DNA of 64,000 bases from positions 6,566 through 70,565 of the forward strand of contig CAZQSM010000004.1 of NCBI GenBank assembly GCA_964596065.1, given 5' to 3'. The notes under the pieces were generated by a model. It ran no database searches, had not been told where the DNA came from, and saw only the letters and a list, made by a program, of their open reading frames with translations. The DNA is from an uncultured Chlorobiaceae bacterium (GTDB lineage Bacteria > Bacteroidota > Ignavibacteria > UBA10030 > SZUA-254). Numbering within the stretch: position 1 is the stretch's first letter; every line of letters starts with the position of its first letter. Made by a program: the position numbers and the translations under genes. Of the stretch, positions 1-8,782 are shown one piece after another.

Positions 1-184
1 CGGAACGTTCGACAGCCGGGTTTCCGGGGTCCTGTTCGGGTAGACTTTTCCGGGGTCGTCAGGATCGGTGCAGCCGCCGAGAAGCAGGAGCAGGGAGAGA
101 AACAGGATGCCGGACGAAGCGAGGGGACGTCGGGGCGCTGTGGAAAAAATCATCTGGAGAGCTCCTCTGGAGAGAGAAAGAATG

Positions 185-774
185 TCATCGGATTTCGTTG
201 ATGGAAGAGATGCTGTAGAACGGCCTGAACTGATACGTGTTGGCCTTCCGGAGCAGTGTCGAATCGAGGTTGACTTCAAGAATGATCCGCGTCGTCGTCA
301 ATTCCTTGATGGAGAACGGGCTCCTGAAGCGGAGGCGCGGATCGAAGTCGGTTTCCCGCTCGACGGTGATGACCCGGTAACCGTCGAGGATCGCCTGGCG
401 CGCCGGCTCGAGGAGCAGGTCGATCCCCTTGTACGATCCCGGCGGAACGTAGGTCTGCCCGATGATCAGGGCCGAATCCCTCGCCCTGACGTCGAGCGTG
501 TTCAGCTTCGTGTCCTCCCGGTCGATCGCCTGGAGATCGCCGTACACGACCGCCCTCGCGTCGTCGTTCCTGATCGCCTCGACGGAGGAAACCGTGAGGA
601 TGAAATTGTTGAGGGGATCGAATTTGATGTTCCCCGAGATCGTCTTCAGGCGGACCTCGACGATGCCCGGCAGCGGCGAGGCGTATTCCGTCTGGCATCC
701 CAGGTTGATCATCGAAGAGAGCAACGGCATCGCGAGGAGAAGGACCACACCCGCGCGCGAGATCTTTGCGTTCA
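185..774 (-). CDS. hypothetical lipoprotein
   Basis: ATG at 774 (rc). N-terminus MNAKISRAGVVLLLAMPLLSSMINLGC has a signal peptide plus LGC lipobox. The ORF-track extension upstream to 1363 looks spurious. Third-codon positions are GC-rich. Confidence 0.5.
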
Positions 775-1130
775 TGACGAAGACCGATAGTAATAATGAG
801 AGGAAAAACTTGGCGGTATAGCTTGAATAACCGAGTATATGAAATATTCCCAAGAAGGTCAAGTTTTTACCCCCTGAAAACGCAGGCTTTCGGCCCATCC
901 AACCCCGACACCACCTCCCCCGCTTCCCGGCATCAACCCTCCATCCCGGCCCCCGGAGGACGCCGCTAACCCCATGGATATCATCCGGATAAGTTCTAGG
1001 ATGAGCGGTTTGGTTTCCGTAAATTGATGACCGGGGGTTCGCCGGAAACCAATCCCGCGCGATCCACGTTGAAACTCCATCGAAGCCCTTGCGTATACGA
1101 CAATCAAAACCAACCGGTATCACGCGTCCA

Positions 1131-2210
1131 ATGATGAAATCGATTTCCGCCCGTTGTTCCGGTCTCGCACCCCTCCTCCTTCTCTCCCTCGTCATGCTGG
1201 TCCCGGGGTGTAAAAAGGCCGCGGATATCGTCATACCTCCCCCGGGCCCGCCCTGGGTCACCTTCTCGCTGCCGGGCACATCGCAACTCCTGGCGAACGA
1301 GATCAACTCCATCCACGCCGACCAGTCGGGACGGGTCTGGATCGCCACCGACAGCGGGGCCAACTACTTCCAGCGCGGGTCATGGGGCCGGATCCGGGAT
1401 TCCATCAGGTTCGGCAGTCCGGGGAATTACCGGTACGCGGTGAACACAATCTCGTCGGGGAAATTTTCAACCATCTGGTTCGGACTCGACGGCGGGGGCG
1501 TGCGGAGGTACCGGGAGGGCGCGTCGAGGTCGGTCTGGACGACGTACGATTACCCCGACCTGACCTACCCTGTCGTCCAGTCGATCTCCGCGGATCTCGT
1601 GGTCAACGGGGACGTCTGGTTCGCCACGACCAACGGCGTGAGCCGCTTCCTGCCCAGTTCCGCCGACCCGGAATTCGGGACGTGGCAGACGTTCCTCATG
1701 CCGTACATCCCGTCGAACCAGGTTTACGCGAGCGCGATCAATTTCAACGACAACACGGCGTGGTTCGGGACGCAGAACGGCTTCGCGCTCTACAATGACA
1801 ATCTTGGCGACTGGACGAAATTCGACCTCCCCCCTGCCTACAACTACAAGATCAACTCGATGGCGTTCGACAAGGCGGGCACGGTCTGGCTGGCGAAGCT
1901 CGAGGGGGTGACGCGCTTTAACAAGGAGTCGGGGGAGTGGACGCACTACACCAATGCGAACACCGGCGGACGGCTTCCCGCCGGGCCGGTCAACGCCGTG
2001 ACCACCGACCTTGTGTCAACCCGCTGGTTCGGAACCGACCAGGGCCTCGTGAGGCTCCGGGACACCAGCTGGACCACCCTCACGATGTCGAACACGCCGG
2101 AACTGCCCGACGACGTGATCACGGCGCTGACCTACGACAAGCTCGGGAACCTCTGGATCGGGACGAAAAACGGGATCGCCGTCTTTAATGAAGCGGGCAC
2201 CCGGTTCTGA
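1131..2210 (+). CDS. lipoprotein with two-component-regulator-type beta-propeller repeats, no kinase domain
   Basis: MMKS start; signal peptide with LVPGC lipobox. Repeated W/F-aromatic blades (WIATDSGANYF, WFGLDGGGVRRY, WFATTNGVSRF, WFGTQNGFALY, WLAKLEGVTRF, WFGTDQGLVRL, WIGTKNGIAVF) typical of Reg_prop repeats. Confidence 0.6.
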   Translation: MMKSISARCSGLAPLLLLSLVMLVPGCKKAADIVIPPPGPPWVTFSLPGTSQLLANEINSIHADQSGRVWIATDSGANYFQRGSWGRIRDSIRFGSPGNYRYAVNTISSGKFSTIWFGLDGGGVRRYREGASRSVWTTYDYPDLTYPVVQSISADLVVNGDVWFATTNGVSRFLPSSADPEFGTWQTFLMPYIPSNQVYASAINFNDNTAWFGTQNGFALYNDNLGDWTKFDLPPAYNYKINSMAFDKAGTVWLAKLEGVTRFNKESGEWTHYTNANTGGRLPAGPVNAVTTDLVSTRWFGTDQGLVRLRDTSWTTLTMSNTPELPDDVITALTYDKLGNLWIGTKNGIAVFNEAGTRF

Positions 2211-2218
2211 ACCGGTGA

Positions 2219-3064
2219 TCAGCCCCCACCCGTTTTCCGGAAGACTCCGATGTAGCCCCACCCCGCGCGGCCAAGCCGCCGGATGGGCACCGCCATCATC
2301 ATTCTCTCGAGGAACCTCTCCATCCTGACGATCGTTCCGCCGCTGACCCCCAGCCGCGACAGGGGCCTCAACTCGTAACCAAACGTCACTCCCTCGATCC
2401 TCTCGAAACCGTTTGACGCGATCAGCGATTCCAGCCTCCTGATGTCGTAGGCCCTGCTCGTCCAGCCTCCGTCCCGGGTGTGCGTCGCGAGGGATACGCA
2501 CTCCCTGAACCGTCTCCAGCCATGTCGGATCAGGTACTTGTATTTCAATCTGGCGCTGTAATGCCATGACGTCAGGGCGTTGAGATTTCTCACGTTGAGT
2601 ACCAGGTGACCTCCCGGGCGCAGGAGCCTGCCCATCTCGGAAATTGCACGTTCGTCCCGGTGCAGGTACCCGATGACGCCGATGCAAATGACCGCCGAGA
2701 ACGAGGCGTCCCGGAACGGTATATTTTCGATATCGCCGCGGACCAGCGGGGGCGGACCTGACCATCCGTTCTCCCTGAGCGTATCGACGGCCGAGCCGAG
2801 CATCACCTCCGAGGCGTCCATCCCGACGAGTTGCACACCGGCGCCGGCAAGTTCACGGAGATATTCCCCCGGACCGCATCCGGCATCAAATATCGCCCCG
2901 TTCTCCTTCCTGATGTACCTGCCCACCAGTCGGAGCACGTGTTCCTTCCTTCGCACCAGCATCTGGCCGAACGGATTATCAATGTCCCGGTAAAATTTTC
3001 CCTTCCAGCCGTCGCTGGTATTGAAAAAGTCGCGGACCTGATTCTTCTGCGTTGAATTCTTCAT
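2219..3064 (-). CDS. class I SAM-dependent methyltransferase
   Basis: Motif I DAGCGPGEY and the downstream methyltransferase motifs (LRPGGHLVL). 281 aa. Confidence 0.75.
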   Translation of the reverse strand: MKNSTQKNQVRDFFNTSDGWKGKFYRDIDNPFGQMLVRRKEHVLRLVGRYIRKENGAIFDAGCGPGEYLRELAGAGVQLVGMDASEVMLGSAVDTLRENGWSGPPPLVRGDIENIPFRDASFSAVICIGVIGYLHRDERAISEMGRLLRPGGHLVLNVRNLNALTSWHYSARLKYKYLIRHGWRRFRECVSLATHTRDGGWTSRAYDIRRLESLIASNGFERIEGVTFGYELRPLSRLGVSGGTIVRMERFLERMMMAVPIRRLGRAGWGYIGVFRKTGGG

Positions 3065-3119
3065 CCCGCCATCTGTGCGATCAATGAACGATGATTGGGC
3101 TGCCCGGGAGGCCGGTCTG

Positions 3120-5366
3120 CTACCGCCTCATGTCGCGTAGGAAGGCCTCCCACCGAGTCGCCGAGCCCTCGATGATGACCCGCGGTCCGTTTTTAATGGC
3201 CGTCACCGGGCTGATCGTATCGAACCGGAAATTCGGGGCGAGCACCCTCGGCAGCTCCACCGACCTGAGCGGCGGCGCCTTCTCCGGGTTGACGGGCTCC
3301 CGGATAAAGGTCATCTTCCAGGTGCGGGCGTCCACCGGTTCGAGCGACACGCTCACGAACCCCCAGCGGGTCGGCGTGCGCTCGAGCCTGAGCGGCTTCG
3401 CGTCGGCCAGGTCAGCGCCGGCGATCCCGTCGAAGAGCCTGAGCACGTCGTCATCCTCCATCACCATCGCGTGCCGCAGGTATCGGACCGATTCTGCCTG
3501 GGCCCTGAGATCGACGGGGACGAGCCCGCTTCCCGGGGCGCGTTCCCGCCAGCCGGGCGGGCGCCAGGTATAGACGGGAGCCGCGTGGTTCAGGAAGCCG
3601 ACGAAGATGGTCCGGGCCTCCTCCGGGAGGTTGAACCATACGAGCGCCTGGGCTGCCAGTGCCGCATCGACCGGATCGGACTCCCCGGCCTGGTCCGGTC
3701 CCGTGCCCGACGGTATCTGGTTCTGCAGCGAGGCATCCACCCATCGTGGAAAATCCTTTATGATCCTGTCATCCTTGTCGAAAAGCAGCCCCGGGAACAG
3801 GCCGAACGAAAGGGTTCCAAGGCCCGCGTGGGGACCTGACGGCGTATCACCCCCGGCGGAGGATCCTGCCGGTGCGGTCACCACCGGGAACCAGGAATAA
3901 CCGGCCGGGTCCTGGCGCTGGGTGTCGCGGGCGGCCTGCCTCACCGCCAGACGCAGCTGCCCATAAAATTCCCTGATTTCCGATTTTTTCTGGAGATAGT
4001 GTCGATCTGAAATTTCCAGCAGCGGTTTCAGCGCGATGAGCGTCCAGAGCGAATTGGTCAGCTCCTCATAGGTCCCGCGCCAACCGGTCCCGGGTGATCC
4101 CTCGGGAAGGAGCGACCGGCGCGTGTTCGCCGTCGGTTCGGACAGCGCCGCGGCCTTGTCCCGTTTAAGGCGCAGGGACTTCAGGGCGTTGAACGCGTCG
4201 GGATAGAGTTCATTGAAGAGGGTCCAGTCGCCGGTCAGTTCGGCCTGTCTGCAGAGCGAATAGACGGCTGCGCTCATCTCCTTCATGTTCGCCTCGCCGC
4301 CCGCCCCGACCAGAACACCCCTGTCATCCTCCAGGTCCCACACCGACTCCAGCCTGGATTTCGCCTCTTTCTCCCGCCCGAGGTAGAGTTCCGCCTCCGC
4401 GATGCAGTGTTGATCGACCAGGTCCGGGACGACGGTCGGGGCCGGCATCGATCCTCCGTCCGGGCGCCCCGGGTCGGCGGGGGTCATCTGGTCGATCACT
4501 CTCGATGCCGCGACGGCGAACTCCCCGTAGATTCCCGGGAGGTCCCAGCCGGCCGGTGCCCTCCGGGTGTTCCATTCATCCCAGCGGGCTCTCTCTCCCG
4601 CTGTCCGTGCCGGCATCTCCCGGATCCCCGAGATGATATCGTCCGAATCCCCCTCTCCCCGGGGGACGCGGAGGTGGAAGACCTCCGGCACCGGTCCGGC
4701 GCCGGGCGTGACCTGGAGGGTGAGAGTCAGCGCCTCGTCGTCGTGCGAGACGGCGGGGTCGGCGTCGATGAAGAGCAGCGGACCGCCCGCCTTCTCTTCC
4801 CGTTCAACGATGCAGACCCTTCCCCGCGGCAGGTCATCGTCGTCCTTCACCGAGGCGCGAAGCGCGCCTCCGGCCCGGACGACGAACCGGAGCGTCAGGA
4901 CCTCTCCCGCCGGCGTCACCTCGATGGAAATATTGTCGACGAGGCCTTCATCCTCGTGCCAGGATGAGAACGAGCTCATCGTGACGGCGGCGTCACCGTA
5001 CGATACGGAAGTCCGGAGCACCGGGATGTGCGGCGCCTCACACCGTTGGTCCCGTGCCGTGACCGGTCCGGCCCCGTCGACCCGCAGTTCCACCGATTCG
5101 ACCCGATTGCCGGCGGCGCTCCGCACGAGCCCGCCCTGGCGGGCGATGAACGACACGGCCCCGTTTCCCGGCGGCGATACCGGAGAGTACCACTCCTCCG
5201 GCGCGTAACGGAAATCGACCGTCTCCGGCGCCCCTTCCGCGGCGCTCCGGCGCAGCGTGGTGGTTTTCTGGTAGAGAAATGCCGCCGTCTGGTCCACGCC
5301 GATCGTCAGTGCGCCGACCGTGAGGCCTATCTGTCTGAGGAACGTTCTCCTGTTCGCCTGCTTCAT
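3120..5366 (-). CDS. Tat-signal secreted hypothetical protein
   Basis: Internal ATG at 5366 gives MKQANRRTFLRQIGLTVGALTIGV, a twin-arginine signal. The ORF extension upstream to 5690 is probably not translated. About 749 aa, no motif I can name; possibly alpha/alpha-toroid glycosidase-like, which is speculation. Confidence 0.5.
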   Translation of the reverse strand: MKQANRRTFLRQIGLTVGALTIGVDQTAAFLYQKTTTLRRSAAEGAPETVDFRYAPEEWYSPVSPPGNGAVSFIARQGGLVRSAAGNRVESVELRVDGAGPVTARDQRCEAPHIPVLRTSVSYGDAAVTMSSFSSWHEDEGLVDNISIEVTPAGEVLTLRFVVRAGGALRASVKDDDDLPRGRVCIVEREEKAGGPLLFIDADPAVSHDDEALTLTLQVTPGAGPVPEVFHLRVPRGEGDSDDIISGIREMPARTAGERARWDEWNTRRAPAGWDLPGIYGEFAVAASRVIDQMTPADPGRPDGGSMPAPTVVPDLVDQHCIAEAELYLGREKEAKSRLESVWDLEDDRGVLVGAGGEANMKEMSAAVYSLCRQAELTGDWTLFNELYPDAFNALKSLRLKRDKAAALSEPTANTRRSLLPEGSPGTGWRGTYEELTNSLWTLIALKPLLEISDRHYLQKKSEIREFYGQLRLAVRQAARDTQRQDPAGYSWFPVVTAPAGSSAGGDTPSGPHAGLGTLSFGLFPGLLFDKDDRIIKDFPRWVDASLQNQIPSGTGPDQAGESDPVDAALAAQALVWFNLPEEARTIFVGFLNHAAPVYTWRPPGWRERAPGSGLVPVDLRAQAESVRYLRHAMVMEDDDVLRLFDGIAGADLADAKPLRLERTPTRWGFVSVSLEPVDARTWKMTFIREPVNPEKAPPLRSVELPRVLAPNFRFDTISPVTAIKNGPRVIIEGSATRWEAFLRDMRR

Positions 5367-5410
5367 TCGTGGTCCCCGGTGCTCGTTGATGGTTGGTGTG
5401 GTGGAAATGG

Positions 5411-7741
5411 TTATCGTATAACAGCGAAGGTCCCGATCTGGGTTCCGAAATCCGATTCGACGGAAAACACGTAGACACCGGAGGCGATGACCCGTCCGCT
5501 TTCGCTCAGCATGTCCCACTCCTCCTGGCCGCGGGGCCTCCCCGGTTCCGTGCGGCCGCCGTCGTCGTGGCGGATGGTGGCGACGATGTCGCCGGTGAGG
5601 CTGAAGATACGGATCACCGCGACGGGCGGGAGGTGGATGAACCAGATCGTGCGTTTCCATTCGTTCCAGTCGATCGACCGTCCCTCCCACCCACCCGACT
5701 CGAAGGTGTAATTGCCGTCCACCCTGTAGGGGTTCGGCACCACGATCGTTTTTCCCGCCGATGACGACGGCGCGAACGGCAGCTGCACGAGCGTCGCGTT
5801 CCGGCCGATCGCCGATTCGAGGGGTTCGGTGTAGAGCGTGTCGGTCCTGAACGAACCGGGGTTGTCGGGGAGCGGGATGACGTTCACGGTCACACCCGGG
5901 ATGCCGAACGACGTGACGGCGTACCAGTATTTTTTCCCGTGAAGGAGGTTCGAATCGGTGAATGAATACTCGAGCCCGGTCCCGAACTCGAACCCGAGGT
6001 CGTCGTCGACGTCGTACTGCCTGAGGAGGCTGAACGACGCCGGATCGAATTCCGGCGACTCGCTCCGCCAGAGGCGGAACCCCTCGAAGATCCTGCCGCC
6101 GCTCACGCGGCCGGCCGGGGGGTCGGCCCGCCGCCAGTGCGTGTCGGGCAGCGACGAGAGAAAGGCGCTGGAGTCGTCCCAGGCGGAGAGGGGATCGGGA
6201 TCGGCCGCTCCCGGGCGCCAGCTCCAGTCGAGCCGGACGAGGACCGGCCCCTCCCCGACGGCGAGCGGCGGGGAGGGGGGAACGACCGGCAGCCTGTAGC
6301 CCGACGCGTAGAGCGAGTAGGCGGCGCGCGCGTTCGCCATCAGCGAGTTCGGTCCGATCTCGATACCGTCGCCCGAAATCAGCGCCACGGCGACGGTAAG
6401 CGAGTCGCCGGGGGCCACCGTTTCAAACGGCCCGAACGCCAGGAGGAATTGTGAGTCGGAACCCGGGGTCTGGGGTTCGTCGGGTTTGATCCTGCCGCTG
6501 GACATCAGCCGGTAGTGTTCGTCATCGGTCCCGGGGTTGTCTTCGAACCTGTTCCAGTTGAACGTGTACCGGAGCAGGTTGAGCGGCTTCGGGGTCCCGA
6601 GCACGACGACCCCGACCGGCGTGGCCCCGCGGTCATAGACATTGTGGGCGTACCCCGTCCTGAGCTCCGGGATGTAGGCGGAATATTTTCTCGTCGCGAT
6701 GTCGGGCAGGTTCACGTTTCCCAGGAGCGGATCGACGAAAAAGCCGATGTAGAGGCTGTCGAGGGTCTTCGTCCCGGCGTTCACGATGACGTACTCCAGC
6801 GGGAGGATCGGTTGCCGGAACAGGTTCTGCCAGGCGTACGATTTCTGCACCACCCGGAGGCCGAGCGGGACATGGCCCGGTACGAGGGGGTCCGTGAAGA
6901 CGTCCGAGTACACCATCGTCACGTCGCGTTCCGAGACGGCCCCGAAATCCTCGTCCACCCCCGGTTCCCCCGCGTCGCCGAACCCGTTCAGTTCGGTGTA
7001 CCGGTACACGTCGTTCTGCCGGGGATAGACGCCGGCCGCGTCGGGTCGGCAGACGTCGCGCATCGCGGGCGAGTAGTTGTCGTGGGCCGGGTCGGGGTTC
7101 CGGGCCGCGTCAAATCCGCCGCCGCACCCCACCTCGAGCGAATCGGGGACGCCGTCGGAACCGACGTCGTGCAGGTCGGGCCGCCAGTCGCCGTCGTTGT
7201 CGCGGCCGTCAGGCTGGTCTTCATCGATCCGGCCGTCGCCGTCGTCGTCGAATCCGGCCAGGTTCGGCTGGCCCTGCTGGAGCACTCCCGTAACGAAGAA
7301 GGTGTCCCTCGGGGTCTGGTACCCGTAGAGTTCGTGCTGGACCCCCGTTTCACCCCAGTTGTACGCCTTCGTGACTGCGTGGATCTTCGCCGGGGCCGAC
7401 GGCGTCCCGGTGTCGACGATCGCCCCGATCCAGATGCCCGCGCCGTAGAGGTGCTCGACGCGCGAACCGATCGGGTACTCCATCCCGATCCCGTCGGGAG
7501 GGAGAAAATTATCGAAGGCCCCCTGCCCGATGGTTCCGTTGGCCCCGATCCAGGCCTTCAGGTGGAACCCCTGGCTGATCTGCAGGTCCCCCACCGCCCC
7601 CGTCCCCGAGGGGAGCGGCGCGACGGCGTGGCGGCCGCCACCCCCGCCCGGCGACGACCGGGCGGGAGCGACCGATGCGACGATCCAGAGGATGAGCGCC
7701 GCCGAGACGGCACGAGGGTCACAACCTGCCGCCGTCATCAT
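5411..7741 (-). CDS. secreted Asp-rich calcium-binding-repeat protein with T9SS-type C-terminal sorting domain
   Basis: N-terminal signal peptide. Thrombospondin-type-3-like runs (DDDGDGRIDEDQPDGRDNDGDWRPD). C-terminal ~90 aa (NPYRV...VIRIFSLTGDIVATI...GVYVFSVES...FAVIR) resemble a Por/T9SS CTD beta-sandwich. Confidence 0.5.
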   Translation of the reverse strand: MMTAAGCDPRAVSAALILWIVASVAPARSSPGGGGGRHAVAPLPSGTGAVGDLQISQGFHLKAWIGANGTIGQGAFDNFLPPDGIGMEYPIGSRVEHLYGAGIWIGAIVDTGTPSAPAKIHAVTKAYNWGETGVQHELYGYQTPRDTFFVTGVLQQGQPNLAGFDDDGDGRIDEDQPDGRDNDGDWRPDLHDVGSDGVPDSLEVGCGGGFDAARNPDPAHDNYSPAMRDVCRPDAAGVYPRQNDVYRYTELNGFGDAGEPGVDEDFGAVSERDVTMVYSDVFTDPLVPGHVPLGLRVVQKSYAWQNLFRQPILPLEYVIVNAGTKTLDSLYIGFFVDPLLGNVNLPDIATRKYSAYIPELRTGYAHNVYDRGATPVGVVVLGTPKPLNLLRYTFNWNRFEDNPGTDDEHYRLMSSGRIKPDEPQTPGSDSQFLLAFGPFETVAPGDSLTVAVALISGDGIEIGPNSLMANARAAYSLYASGYRLPVVPPSPPLAVGEGPVLVRLDWSWRPGAADPDPLSAWDDSSAFLSSLPDTHWRRADPPAGRVSGGRIFEGFRLWRSESPEFDPASFSLLRQYDVDDDLGFEFGTGLEYSFTDSNLLHGKKYWYAVTSFGIPGVTVNVIPLPDNPGSFRTDTLYTEPLESAIGRNATLVQLPFAPSSSAGKTIVVPNPYRVDGNYTFESGGWEGRSIDWNEWKRTIWFIHLPPVAVIRIFSLTGDIVATIRHDDGGRTEPGRPRGQEEWDMLSESGRVIASGVYVFSVESDFGTQIGTFAVIR

Positions 7742-8507
7742 CCTCGTCGGCGGTGGAATCGTCGTCCCCCTCCCCCTCGTCCCCCATCGATTTCATCATC
7801 TCCTCGAACATCTTCTCGAAGTTCAGGTCCACCACCTGTTTCTCGTATCCCGCGGGCGCTTCGAAGGTCGAGACGGGCACCGTTGTTTTCTCGACGGCGG
7901 TCACCTCCTCCGTCTCCGTCACCTCCCCGTCGGTGGAGCGGACCACGACGAGCGGAAAGAGTTTTTTATCGGCAAGTTCACGTTCCCACCGGGTCCCGTC
8001 GGTCGCCGACTCCATGCTCATCCCGTCGAACCACTTCACGATCCCCTCATACATGTTCCCGAGCCCGGCAGTGGCCCAGATCGACGCCGTTTCACCGCCT
8101 CCTTCATCGGCGGTCCACTCCTCGCATCGATACCCGATGATCGTGCGGCTTTTCCCGGTTTTGGCGAGAGTGTACGACTTCGATCCGGCGCCCCGCGTCC
8201 CGGAATCGGGCGAGCGGCCCCCGTCGGCGAGCGGGATCTCCATGTATTTCTTTTCCTGATCGACGACGATCCACATGACGTTCTTGTCGCCGCGCAGGAT
8301 GAATTTCCCGCCGCTCCCCTCCGACATGTCGGACGAGTCGATGACCGCGGCGAAGAGCTGGCCCTTGAAATAGACCGACGACGAGACGACGGACGAATCA
8401 GCGTCGCCGAAGGTGACGGCGCGCATCCGGACGACGCCTTCGAACTGGGCCTGCGCCGCTCCCGCCTGGATGACGATAGCGGCGGCGATCGAGAGTAACG
8501 TTTTCAT
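7719..8507 (-). CDS. DUF4412-like secreted protein with acidic C-terminal tail
   Basis: Signal peptide MKTLLSIAAAIVIQAGAAQA. GYRCEEW and FEAPAGYEK motifs typical of DUF4412. C-terminal D/E-rich tail. Confidence 0.5.
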   Translation of the reverse strand: MKTLLSIAAAIVIQAGAAQAQFEGVVRMRAVTFGDADSSVVSSSVYFKGQLFAAVIDSSDMSEGSGGKFILRGDKNVMWIVVDQEKKYMEIPLADGGRSPDSGTRGAGSKSYTLAKTGKSRTIIGYRCEEWTADEGGGETASIWATAGLGNMYEGIVKWFDGMSMESATDGTRWERELADKKLFPLVVVRSTDGEVTETEEVTAVEKTTVPVSTFEAPAGYEKQVVDLNFEKMFEEMMKSMGDEGEGDDDSTADEDDDGGRL

Positions 8508-8537
8508 GATTGCTCCCTGGTGATTGTCTGGTGGGGT

Positions 8538-8768
8538 TTATTTTGCCGCCGGCGGCGGCAGCGACTTCGCCCTGACCTCGGAACTGAACGCGCCGTTTTT
8601 ATGCGACGAATCGCAGAACGGCTTGTCCCTGCTCAGGCCGCAGCGGCAGAGGCTGATGGCGGTCCGGCCCGCCAGGTCGAAACGGCCACCCTCGCCGTCG
8701 TAGAGTTCGAAATCCCCTTCGATCCGGAGGCTTCCGTTGGGGCGGACCGTGATCTTGACTGGTGGCAT
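8538..8768 (-). CDS. small CDGSH-type iron-sulfur domain protein
   Basis: Internal ATG start MPPVKITVRPNGSLRIEGDFELYDGEGG. Motif CRCGLSRDKPFCDSSH (C-x-C-x8-C-D-S-S-H) is a variant of the CDGSH [2Fe-2S] motif. 76 aa. The longer track ORF start upstream looks spurious. Confidence 0.6.
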   Translation of the reverse strand: MPPVKITVRPNGSLRIEGDFELYDGEGGRFDLAGRTAISLCRCGLSRDKPFCDSSHKNGAFSSEVRAKSLPPPAAK

Positions 8769-8782
8769 CGGTGATCCTTTCG

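Noticed and set aside
6515-8140. 541-aa plus-strand ORF antisense to the T9SS cargo and DUF4412 genes
   Set aside because: Antisense to two well-supported secreted-protein genes; composition is RPGV low-complexity with no motifs; high-GC artefact.
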